Of a DNA stretch of 64,000 nucleotides, positions 1-11,023 are shown in pieces. The notes under the pieces were generated by a model. The model saw only the letters and a program-made list of their open reading frames with translations, did no database searches and was not told the DNA's origin. Positions within the stretch are counted from its first letter, which is position 1. Each line of letters opens with the position of its first letter. Source of the stretch: Octopus sinensis (lineage: Eukaryota); NCBI RefSeq assembly GCF_006345805.1, contig NC_043018.1, positions 12,834,001 to 12,898,000 on the forward strand, read 5' to 3'. The translations under genes and the position numbers were made by a program.

Positions 1-536
1 AAGGTGATGGCCTCGGTGCTTTTGGGATGCAAAAGGCATTGTGTCTATTGACTATCTTCAAAAGGGTTACACCATAAATGGAGATTACTATAGCAACATG
101 ATGAGGCAGTTACAGGAGGTTATCAAGAACAATCACTCAGGTAAACTGACGAGAGGGATCTTGCTTCATCAGGTCAATGCTCCAGCATAAAAGCTCTTGC
201 TTTCAAATGGCTGCTGTGTGACTGTGTCCTTGAATTTGTTGATCAGCCTCCTTATTTTAGTGGTTTGGCTCTATCATCTGTTCCCCAATGTGAAAAACCA
301 ATTCGCTGGGAACCAGTATCACAGTGATGATGATGATGATGATGTCATATCTGCTGTTGATGGCATTTTTGACCACCAGGATGAAAACTTGTTCACCAAT
401 GGGATCCAAGCACTGCAACATGGATGAAAGAAGTGTGTGGATCACAAAGGGAACTTTGTTGAAAAATTCACTTCATTTGCTCACATTCCATGAACGTATC
501 TTGGTCAGCCTATAAACTTTTCAGCTGGCCCTCATA
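1..536 (+). mobile_element. Mariner (Tc1/mariner) transposon 3' remnant, degenerate transposase plus right TIR
   Basis: Translates as KVMASV.WDAKGIVSIDYLQKGYTINGDYYSN...HQVNAPA...YHLFPNVKNQFAGNQYHSDDDDDDVISAVDGIFDHQDENLFTNGIQALQHG, matching mariner DD(34)D domain motifs. It has stops and frameshifts and ends AACTTTTCAGCTGGCCCTCA-TA. Truncated by the window start. Confidence 0.9.
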
Positions 537-1091
537 TGCAGAAATATTTGCTTAGGAAAATTTTCAATCTTTGGAGTAGGTGTTGCCAGTCCCAACATTT
601 GCACCTTGGGCAAATGTTTATTCTATAACCTTGGTCCAATCGAAGCCTTGTGAGTGGATTTGGTCGATGGAAACTGAAAGAAGCCCATCATATGATGTGC
701 GTGTGTTACTGTCTCCTTGCCTTGACTTCATTCATCATCATCATCATTGATAATTGTAAATGAAAGTCGTCGTCATGCAACTGGTGTCCTTCGTTTTCAG
801 TCTTCTGTTGTAACCAATGTCTGATTATGGGCGATATCACCTTCCTTACAGCATCTGGCCGTAGAAAATCTGCCTCAACAAATTCCATCAGAGCCACACT
901 AGCATGGACAGAGTGGACATTAAATGATGATGGAGCCTAGATCCATGTTTAATTTAGAAAAGTGAGAGTCATTGGTGTAAATTAGCAAATTTTTCTCAAT
1001 TATTTTTTCACACAATTGAGTAGAATAGAAAAAAAAATTTCAATATTTTTATTGAATTCTAATTTTGCTTTTCTAAATTCTATTTTTACAG

Positions 1092-1141
1092 AGCAGTTCA
1101 AATAGAGAAAATGTGGCATCGACGTCAGAAACTGAATCAGA
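1092..1141 (+). CDS. RNF4-like RING E3 ligase, internal exon (SSSNRENVASTSETES-)
   Basis: ttttacag acceptor and gtaggt donor. 50 nt, phase 0 to 2, joins in frame to the 1924 exon. Confidence 0.7.
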
Positions 1142-1923
1142 GTAGGTTTTCAAAATCTGAATATCTGCCTTTTGTTTTTTTCTAATCTATTTTAATGAAG
1201 AAGGTACAGCATGGGCAAAAGGTTAAGTTTCACAACCACAAAGTCTCAGGTTGGATCCTACCGTGTGGCATTTTGGGCAGATGTCATTTCCTAAAGCCTT
1301 TTGTTGACCCATATCTTGGGACTAAAATTGGGTAGATGGAAACTGTATGCAAGCCTGTCGGGTGGATTGTACTTGTAATACAAAATATATCCAACTGATT
1401 TTATCTGTGAATCACTTTAAGGGTACTCATGTCTGTAGAATGCTTGGCTATGGACATCTTAATTCAGAAAGTAATTCATTTGAACAGCTGAATCCTTATT
1501 GACAAACAGCAAAGATACATGGTTATAATTAATCTTCTTTGAAGGAGATACCCATTTGTATGTCTTGCTCATTTCCCATGTAGCATGTGGTTTAGTGTGC
1601 AATAAAGAATGTTGTACATCTGCTATGAATGTACCCTGTAAACTAAACCAGGGCCAAAACTGGAGTGTGAGGCTTCTTGCTCCAAGTCTACAATAGCCCT
1701 TACCTATTCTGTCTTCCTTTCTAATTCTGCCAACTATATCTGGCAGTTGGATTGAGCCTGCTGAAAAAGGCCTGCATCATAGCTATGAATAGAGCTTACA
1801 AACCAGAAATCTTTCCAATAAATAACTTTATATCATATATATTAGTCTCAGGTGCAAATATTTTCTCTGTGGTTTTCAAATCATAAATGATTCTAGAATT
1901 TTCCATTTTGTCTTTATTTGTAG

Positions 1924-1984
1924 ATCACAAAGAACCTCCCCAGCAGCTCAGATCTGTCCATTGTGTTTGGAGACATTTGAAAAT
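1924..1984 (+). CDS. RNF4-like RING E3 ligase, exon with the first CxxC (E-SQRTSPAAQICPLCLETFEN)
   Basis: tttgtag acceptor and gtaatt donor. 61 nt, phase 2 to 0. Supplies the CPLC that the last exon lacks. Confidence 0.85.
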
Positions 1985-3076
1985 GTAATTATTATTATTT
2001 TCATTATACTTTTAGGACACTGAATTAGTTGAATTGTTAGCCTTGAGCACTCGATGTCCTCCAGCCATCTTCTCTGCCTACTGTTCCTAGGAGGATCAAG
2101 GAGGTAGAGCCCTCACAGGGTTCTGTCAGAGACGACCATCATTAGACTTTCTGACCAACTGAAACTATGGCTATTATCCAGCCATCTCACTCTTGGTCTA
2201 ACTTTAGGTCTTCCTGCCATTTGGCCCAGCTTGAAGAATCTATCTTGCAATTCTTTCCTGCTACATTCTAATCACGTCTGTGGCCTCTCTGCTTGACCTG
2301 GAGAGATTCTCTGAGCTATGTACCCTATTATAAGTTTAAATACCCACTGTGATAACTACCTTTCATCCACCTGGTGGGATCAATAAATTAAAGTACCAGT
2401 CTAGTACTAAGATCACCTTCCATTTATAGACCTTGTGATGCATGATAGAAGCCATAGTATTAACCCTTTAGCATTTAAACCAGTCATATCTGGCCCCAAT
2501 ATTCTACCGATTTATAAGAAATTCCAGACCAACAGTGTCCAGAGAGTCAGTGTTGTACCTGTAAGGTAATTAAGAAAATATTAACTTCAATGAAAGGTGT
2601 TGTCTATGTTGTCCCAGTCTTCAGAGATTGATGGAGTTAGTGTCTGTGGGGGCCAGAACATGAATCAGGGAGAGGTTGGTGGTTGTTATGTGTTTACAAA
2701 TCAGTTGGAACAGCCGTCGTATGACCGTGCCAGTCCAGCTTGCTGGAAATGTTAGTATTCCATATAAAGGTTAGGAACTGAAGTAATTCCTGGCCCTAAA
2801 AAGAAAGTTAGGTGTATGGTAGGGCAAGTCTGTGTTGTCACCATGAAATTTCAACAGATTGCTCTGGTCTGGCGTTCTTAGTAAGTGTTGATGTTTTAGC
2901 ATTTTTTCTCCTGTTCCCATTTTAACTTTAAAGATTAAGAATGTTACAAAGTTCATGAGAAACTTATCTTCTACACTTTATTAATAATAACAGCAGAAAT
3001 TGTTTGTTTGTTTGTTGTTTGTTTTCTCATCTGCCTTCGTCTTTTTTATTTAATGAATGTTTTGTTTTTGTTGCAG

Positions 3077-3226
3077 ATCCGGAGTAAAAATATAAAATTC
3101 AGAGCCACATTATGTGGTCACATATTTTGTGAAATGTGTCTGTCAAAATGTCCCACTTTAAACTATAAATGTCCTGTGTGCCGTAAACCAGTAAAACCAA
3201 AGCAATTTATCCATTTATTTCTGTGA
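3077..3226 (+). CDS. RNF4-like C3HC4 RING E3 ligase, terminal coding exon (IRSKNIKFRATLCGHIFCEMCLSKCPTLNYKCPVCRKPVKPKQFIHLFL*)
   Basis: ttgttgcag acceptor. The spliced RING reads CPLC...CGHIFCEMC...CPVC at the extreme C-terminus with a hydrophobic IHLFL* tail, as in RNF4 (CPIC...CGHVFCSQC...CPTC...HPIYI*). Orthology not proven. Confidence 0.9.
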   Translation: MRSKNIKFRATLCGHIFCEMCLSKCPTLNYKCPVCRKPVKPKQFIHLFL

Positions 3227-3282
3227 ACAATAAGTTTTATTTTTTCTTCTTTCTTTCGTCATTTGCCAGCAATGGTCTTTAG

Positions 3283-3288
3283 AATAAA
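3283..3288 (+). promoter_or_regulatory. Candidate polyadenylation signal (AATAAA) of the RING gene
   Basis: AATAAA 57 nt after the stop, with a second at 3327-3332. AT-rich background limits specificity. Confidence 0.35.
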
Positions 3289-4224
3289 TTGGAAAATGCT
3301 AATAATCTGAGTGGGACGGGGGATGAAATAAAACTTGTATGTACAAACCATAACATTGACACTCGATTTGGTTCCAGAAAATCGTTTTTTAAGTGAATTC
3401 CATCAGCTGCAATACTGCATTGTATTGTTATTTTATGTATGATGTATATAAATCAGAATTTGAATATTAGAAACGGGTTTTAAATACAAGAATATTTAAA
3501 ATAAATTCGTATATATAAACATTTGTCAAATATGTACATAGATTTGATAAATTTTCGTTTTTAATCATATTTGTGACCAACCCACTCCACCCCATCACTA
3601 CCAGTCATAAACTTTTGCCATGTTTTGTACCCTCCCTCTCATTTAAATAAACTTTTTAAGAGACATTTCTTCCCTTTCACTTGAAATAAAGAGAAAGTTG
3701 AGCTTCCTCAGCGAATTCCCTTTTTAATACACTCACAGGAGACCCTAAGCTGTGGTGGCGGTTTTATCTATAGAATATGTTAAATTGAATTAAATTATTT
3801 CCTTAGCTATGTTTGGATTAGATTTCCTTTTAAATGAAACTTTTATTAATTTTACAAACACAGTGAGACATGCAAATTGGTAGATTTAATTTGAAAACTC
3901 ATTTTGAAGATGCTCAAATAAATACTCCAGAAAGAAGCTTATCTTTAAACTCCTGAGTAATTTTATTTAAGTTATAAGATTAGACTTCAAAAAAATAAAA
4001 CATTGAAGGAGTGGATTTAAGGAGAGAAAGAGAAGTGTAGAAAAGGTAATTTTATGACCAAAAATACAGATGCACATTATGGAGATGAGGTGTCAATAAA
4101 GTTATAGACTCATGGAGGTGGTATTTTCTGGTTTTTTTTTGATGTAGCTCACTGGTATTCTGGTAGGTCACTGATGTTCTAATAAATTGACAGAACAGGA
4201 TTCCACAGTGAAGCAAGCACACAA

Positions 4225-4279
4225 TTAAGCAATAAAATCTAAAGGTCTGTTAAATCCTCCTCGTCTGTTCATGTATTGC
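4225..4279 (-). CDS. SNRNP27: SNRNP27 coding exon 7, terminal ((R)QYMNRRGGFNRPLDFIA*)
   Basis: ttctctccag acceptor. Encodes the SNRNP27 C-terminal signature RQYMNR.GGFNRPLDFIA*. Confidence 0.97.
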
Positions 4280-4361
4280 CTGGAGAGAAAAGAAGAAAAA
4301 ATTGTTTTATACATCCTTGGTTATATGGAAGAGAAGAAATATATACGCCATTGCCTAAATA

Positions 4362-4724
4362 GGCGTAGGGGTGGCTGTGTGGTAAGTAGCTTGCTTACGA
4401 ACCACATGGTTCTGGGTTCAGTCCCACTGCGTGTCATCTTGGGCAAGTGTCTTCTACTATAGCCTCAGGCCGACCAAAGCCTTGTGAGTGGGTTTGGTAG
4501 ACGGAAACTGAAAGAAGCCCGTCATATATATGTATGTGTGTCCTCCCAACATCGCTTGAAAACCGATGCTGGTGTGTTTACATCCCCGTAACTTAGCGGT
4601 TCGGCAAAAGAGACCGATAGAATAAGTATTAGGTTTACAAAGAATAAGTCCTGGGGTCGATTTGCTTGACTAAAGGCGGTGCTCCAGCATGGCCACGGTC
4701 ATATGACTGAAACAAGTAAAAGAG
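4362..4724 (+). mobile_element. tRNA-derived SINE, major family ('family A'), full length
   Basis: Head GGCTGTGTGGTAAG...GGTTCAGTCC (A/B-box-like), body GTGAGTGGGTTTGGTAGACGGAAACTGAAAGAAGC, tail CCAGCATGGCC...CTGAAACAAGTAAAAGAG. Many copies occur in the window. Confidence 0.9.
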
Positions 4725-4728
4725 TATA

Positions 4729-5110
4729 CTCTTTTTACTCTTCTACTTGTTTTAGTCATTTTGACTGCAGCCATGCTGGAGCATCGCCTTTAGTCGAGCA
4801 AATCGACCCCGAGTCTTATTCTTTGTAAGCCCAGTGCTTATTCTATCGGTCTCTTTTGCCGAACCGCTAAGTGACGGGGACGTAAACACACCAGCATCAG
4901 TTGTCAAGCAATGCTAGGGGAACAAACACAGACACACACGTACATATATATATACGACAGGCTTCTTTCAGTTTCCGTCTACCAAATCCACTCACGAGGC
5001 ATTGGTCGGCCTGGGGCTATAGCAGAAGACACTTGCCCAAGATGCCACGCAGTGGGACTGAACCCGGAACCATGTGGTTGGTTAGCAAGCTACTTACCAC
5101 ACAGCCACTC
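4729..5110 (-). mobile_element. Family A SINE, full length, inverted relative to the 4362 copy
   Basis: Reverse complement of the same head, body and tail. Confidence 0.9.
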
Positions 5111-6714
5111 AAGAGAAAAAAAACTTTATTATTATACATCATTGCCTATATGAAAATGAAATATTTATACACACATCATTGCCTATATAGAAGAGAAGAT
5201 TATTACTTGTCTTGGGACAAGAACGAACACATTGGACAATATATTATAATCCCATGTGCTGCTGCTGCCTACAAAGGATGAGAATATCATGGGTGGAACG
5301 CCTGTCAACAGAGTTTTATTTGATCAGAACTGACCTGGACAGGTAAACATCAAAGGAATAGACTTGACCTTTCATCTTTCCAAGCATGACCACCAATAGT
5401 AATTTCTTAAGAGCAATTTAAGAAGTATCGTTATTATTATTATTATGATACATAGACATGTTCAGACAAGTGTCCTCGTATCTGTCATTACAGATACAGC
5501 TTGGTGGCCGTCTTTCTACCCTCTGGCCTCCTTCACATCTCTTATATTTAAAAGAATGGGATAATGACCATAACCATTAGAGGTCAGGTGTAGTAGTTCG
5601 GCTAGTTAGCAGGTGTTCAATCTCTGGGCCAGTCAAACAACATTCTAATTGAAGCAGAATGAGCAAGTGGCATCAGAAGCAGAATAAGAGAATACCTCTG
5701 GTAGGGATGACAGAATAATAGAATTGGATGCAGGGCTCAGATGCACAGCTCATCAGGAAAAGGAACCGAAACTGCACGAACGGTGCACAGAATATGCAGA
5801 GGAAGCGAACAGTGGATAAGTCTTAAAAAAAAGGAAACAGGGATGGGAGTGAGCACAACCGGGAAGAAGGTTGGTGCAGGTGGAAGATGTGTACGATAGA
5901 ATCCTTATAAAAGAACTTATAGACTTATAGCTACTAGGACATTGCTTTTCTCACTCAGAATCAAGAAGCATTCACTGGATCTATACAGGTGTGTGTATAT
6001 AATCATTATTTAACACCTGTGTTTCATGCTAGCACATGGTTTGATAGGATCTGGTGAGCTGTAGTAGGACTGCATCTAACTCCAATGCCAGACTTGTCTT
6101 GGTTTCTACAGCTGGAAGCTCTTCCTAATACCAACCATTTTTTTCATAGCACCGGTTCCAGTGAGATCCACCAAGTAACAAGACAAGAAAGATCAGGGGG
6201 CAAAAAAAAAGGCAAAACCCCCTCAACTAAGTGAGGGATGGGGGGGAGGAGGTTTTATGCTAAGTGTTGAGAGGCTAAAAGTATGACAGGGATAATTTCA
6301 AAAATTGTCAAAAGAAGAAGAGTGGACCTCCATTATTCAACAATGAAGATTCAGTTTGTTCAACTGGATTATCTGCTCCTGAATTAGCACCGGAAGTGGC
6401 CAGGCATTTGCCAAACATATTTTCTAATTCTCAGCCAGAAACCAACATAACATTAAGAATGTGAAATGGACAAACCTTTTGAATTTGAGGTACAATTTTT
6501 ACAAAAGCTGTTTGAGCTTTTACAAAGTTTCCACCAACCCAATTTCATTCACAAGGAATTGGTTGACCTCAGACTATAGCTAATGACATTTGCTCAAGAT
6601 GTTATGAAGTGGGATTGAACCTGGGATTTCATGATTGTGAAGTGAACTTTTTAACCCTTTAGCCATGCCGTAGCTATTTGACCATCTCATACATCCCTCT
6701 CACTCCTTTTATTT

Positions 6715-7120
6715 CTCTTTCATATTTCACTTGATTCAGTCTTTAGACTGTGGCCATGCTGGGGCACCACCTTGAAGAATTTCACTTGAATGAATCAACC
6801 CCAGGACTTATTTTATTTTTTTAAGCCTGGTACTTGTGCTATCAGTATCTTTTGCTGAACTGCTAAGTTACAAGGATGTAAACACACCAACACCAGTTGT
6901 CTAGCAGTGGTGAGGAACAACCACACCACACATCAATAGATATATATATATATATATATATACGACAGGCTTCTTTCATTTTCCATCTATCAAATCTACT
7001 CACAAGGCTTTGGTCGGACTGAGGCTATAGTAGAAGACACTTGCCCAAGATGCCATGCAGAAGGACTGAACCTGGAACCATGTGGTTTGGAAGAAAACTT
7101 CTTATCACTCAGTCATACCT
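6715..7120 (-). mobile_element. Family A SINE
   Basis: Same motifs in reverse, with an internal (TA)n tract. Confidence 0.8.
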
Positions 7121-7249
7121 TGAAAAGCTTACAGAAGATACTCAGCTTCATTAAAAATCAATTAAATTTCATATTAATTACATTAAACTTCAGATATTTT
7201 CCCCTCTACACCTGAAACCTCAACAGCAAAAGAATAAAAATTGACGCAC

Positions 7250-7311
7250 CTGTATTTTCTTTTGTGGACAATATTTGCTACATAAATTGGTTTCTTGTTT
7301 ACTGGTTTTTC
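7250..7311 (-). CDS. SNRNP27: SNRNP27 coding exon 6 (EKPVNKKPIYVANIVHKRKY-R)
   Basis: ttttctctag acceptor and gtgcgt donor. 62 nt, phase 0 to 2. Matches the SNRNP27 ...KRKYR segment. Confidence 0.93.
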
Positions 7312-8404
7312 CTAGAGAAAATGAATAAATTAATAAGTGATAAATTTTTAAAAAGAGACAATAATAAGACTAAAAATCAATTAACTTGAGAAAATCTGAT
7401 GTGAATACATTATCTTGGAGGTAATACATAATACACTAGCAATCAGCATACCTTAATTATCTCATTCATTCATTAACACATGTTGCTTGCTGCTATGAAG
7501 ACACAATATCTCTAAGATTGAGTACTCTGTTTCCTTATCAATGTGACATTACATTCATTACCATACATAGATAGCGCCATCCATCACATAGAGACACACA
7601 CACAGTAATACCTCACTTCGCGGGACCCTGGATTTACGAGTTTTATTTTATAATAAATATAGAAAGGTCAAACAGCCATTTTGTGTGTGTGGCAATGTCA
7701 CATGTGGCAACACTGGTTCTGACACAAAATTTCATTGCTACTATGTGAAATTATTGCTTTGCTTTACAAGCAATCTCCAGGAACGAATGAACTTGTATAT
7801 TGAGGTATTTACTGTGTGTGTGTGTATATATAATAGCGGGCCTCCCAACCTTTGCCCTGGTCTTTATGGTGTTGGGGACATACTGACATCTATTGTAATG
7901 CTCATTTTCTTTACAATAAAAGTTGTTAAGAAGCAGGTTTATTGCTGCGGAGGAAACTCATGGCTACTTTGTAATTTGCATGGGTGGGTGTGGGTAGCTG
8001 GACTGGTAACAGAACGGATAACTAAGGAGGTGAGATGGATCACGGAAACAATCCATGAGAGATATCAGTTTTTGTTTTTCCTCAAATTCTTATGGAAAGA
8101 AGAAAAGTGAAATATACTTTTGTCAAGTGAAACTACAAGAATCCCATCAATCGTTCATTATCCTTTAAAGTCTGTTTTCCATGCTGGCATGGGTTGCACA
8201 AGAGCTGGCAAGCTGCAGTCATCCGTCTTGATATGGTTTCTATGGCAGGATGCCCTTCCTAACAACAACCACTCAACACAGTGTACTGGATGCTATCCAT
8301 GTGGCGCCAGCGTTGGTGCTTCTTATGTGGTGTTAGATTGTTAGATTTTTAGACGATGGATACTCAAATTTCTCAACAACAGCAACTGTCAGAGTCAAAC
8401 TTAC

Positions 8405-8484
8405 TTTGGTTGTATCAAACTGTAAAAATCCCATCACCCGAAACATTTCTTTCTCTTCGTCAGTCTTGTCCGTCAACTGTGAAG
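8405..8484 (-). CDS. SNRNP27: SNRNP27 coding exon 5 (T-SQLTDKTDEEKEMFRVMGFLQFDTTK)
   Basis: tatttccag acceptor and gtaagt donor. 80 nt, phase 1 to 0. Matches K(T)EEE.EM...MGF..FD.TK. Confidence 0.96.
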
Positions 8485-9835
8485 CTGGAAATAGAAACAG
8501 CAGAATTATTTGAAGAGAGAATCAGAAAATTTAACACAAACTAAATGATAGATTCCTAGTTTGAGTTATACGATGACGAGTTGGTGAGTTGATACAGCTG
8601 AAGGAGACTGAAGCAGAGGGCAGCGGCCAATAGGGAAGGACATACAAATACAGTCCAATCCTATTATGTAACAAAATGTTTATTTCTTATATTTTCGTCT
8701 TTGGCTGGTAAGTGCTATTTCCTATTTGCTTCTAGAAATCAAAGGAAATGACTACCATTCTCTTCAAACGTTGCTTTTGTGACCTGGACCTCAATGTTTT
8801 GAAACTGGCCTATTTTCCATTACGTTTCAGACACATTCAGTGCTGAGTTGCTGAAGCAGAAATATCATTATAACAAATATTCTGCTCAATGCCACAGATT
8901 TGTCAGATAGTGGCTGACAATATGTGGATCTCTGAACATTAGCAGAAGTGGGGGAGAATGATAGCCATGTGCCGAGAAGGATTCTTTGGGGTTTGAATAA
9001 ATGTAACAAAAGTAAAAATTCAAAGGAGATATTAGTCATTTTTTATACTTTCAATGGGTAAGCAAGTAGAAAATAACAGTTGCTACTATTGCAGATCAGA
9101 TGCATATTATCAGCATCTCGCATATACCAAACCATACTGAGCACTGCACCACAACCTATCAGACCCTACCTCACTCTATACATTATTACATAACACCATA
9201 AAATACCATATATATATAATACACCTCCATATCACTCCACAACATTCTGTTAAATATCAAACTACATCATCACCATCATTTAATGTCCGTTTTCATGCTG
9301 GCATGGGTTGACCAGAGCTGGAAACCCGGAGAGCTGCACCAGGTTCCAGTCTGATTTGGCTTGGTTTTTCAGCAGCTGGATGCCCTTCCAAATCCTGCCA
9401 ACCACCTTACAGAGTATGCTGGGTGCTCTTTATCGGGACATGAGCGTTTTTTTTTTTGTGGCACTAGCATGGGTGCATTTAAAAGGGTGCTTTCTACACA
9501 GCACTGGCAGGGGTGCTATTTATGTGGTACTGGCAGGGTTGCTTTTTATGTGGTACTGGCAGGGGTGCTTTTTATACAGCACAAGTACAGGTGCTTTTTA
9601 TCCCATCACAACATACAGAGGCAAGGAACAAGCAGAGCAGGAGCATTAAAACAAATACCACTACATGGCATTTACTATTCCAACTTCTTGCATTCTGAGT
9701 TCAAATCTCACAGAGTTCAACTTTACTTGACAGCCTTCTGGATGTAGTGGACTTGTGGAATCATTAGAAAACAGGACAAGGATACCTTGCAGTATTCATT
9801 CTAGCTCTTGGCATTCAGAGTTCAAATCCTACCAT

Positions 9836-10330
9836 AGCCTACATGAGAGTATATAGAATAATACCAAATCCAAATACTAATTCAGGTAATTCGCCAGCAG
9901 AGTTAATGTTTATGCATAAAATAAAATTGATCTTCCATAAATTATTGCCAGGAAAAAATACATTTGAAGGAAATGCAAGAAATATTACAAAACATTTCAA
10001 AGTAGGAGATAGAGTTCATTTTAAAAATTACAAAAATGGCAAATAAGGTTGGAAGGATGACTATGTAATCAAAAGATTAGGACAACGTTTGGAACATAAG
10101 AGACACCATAACTAGTTAAAGATGAGACATACAGAAGAACAAGGTGTAATACCAATGGAAGTTTTCTATGATATGTTTGAAGTGCCAGTACCAAGAGATT
10201 TTGAGGCTTGTAGAACTAGCTTCAGAAAATGAAAACAAATTGAATATCTGGAAGTAATACCTAAACCAAAAAAAGAAAAAAGTGTGCTTGGTACAACAAA
10301 AAGAAAAACTGCTGTGTGCAACGAACAATA
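9836..10330 (+). mobile_element. Ty3/Gypsy LTR retrotransposon integrase C-terminal remnant
   Basis: YRIIPNPNT.SGNSPAELMF...FKVGDRVHFKNY...KRHHN resembles YR.TP...TG.SPAELMF and the downstream GPY-like region. In-frame stops present. Confidence 0.75.
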
Positions 10331-10465
10331 CTATCTTAAAAGTCAAGCAACAATTAAGACACACCAGCTACAACTGCTGATGGTACTTCATGTCAATAAA
10401 GGATTTAAACGGAAGCAAAACAAAACGAGATATAAAAAAAAACAACCAGTAGAAATTGAACTTAC

Positions 10466-10530
10466 TGTCATGTGGTTTCTCTTCCATAATAAACTGTACT
10501 TCTTCATCACTGTCGTCACTGCGCACCATG
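10466..10530 (-). CDS. SNRNP27: SNRNP27 coding exon 4 (N-MVRSDDSDEEVQFIMEEKPHD)
   Basis: ccatttgtag acceptor and gtaagt donor. 65 nt, phase 2 to 1, which bridges the flanking exons. Confidence 0.85.
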
Positions 10531-10589
10531 CTACAAATGGAGAAGATTTTTATATTTGTTAGTTGCTGTAATTGTTTAGCCTTATAGGT

Positions 10590-10817
10590 TGGGGAACTGG
10601 CCTATGCAGTGCCATTTTATACCATTAGCACAGGAGGAAAGAGTGAGAGAAAGTTGTGGCAAAAGAGTCAGGCAGAAGTTCGCCATTACCTTCTGCCGGA
10701 GCCGCATGGAGCTTTGATGTTTCGCTCATAAATACACATCGCCTGGTCTGAGATTCGAACCTGCGATCGCTTGACCACGAGTCCGCTGCTCTAACCACAA
10801 GGCCATGTGCCTCCACT
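10590..10817 (-). mobile_element. tRNA-derived SINE, a distinct family
   Basis: The minus strand starts GGCACATGGCCTTGTGGTTAGAGCAGCGGACTCGTGGTCAAGCGATCGCAGGTTCGAATCTC (A/B boxes), followed by a non-tRNA body. Confidence 0.65.
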
Positions 10818-10961
10818 ATCAATAAGTAGGGTTTGAAATTAATGCATGCAAGATTTCACAGCTCTAACATCACTCCTTTATAGTCGGCCTATGGATATTC
10901 CACCCCCACCCCCAATCCTTCATAGAAGTTAGATATAGATGTATATGTATACATGTATGTG

Positions 10962-11023
<62 letters not shown>

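Noticed and set aside
10750-10817. tRNA-like segments (also 13553-13635, 35075-35145 and the family A heads) as tRNA genes
   Set aside because: A and B boxes are present, but no full cloverleaf or acceptor stem could be drawn, and each continues into a repeat body. They are SINE heads.
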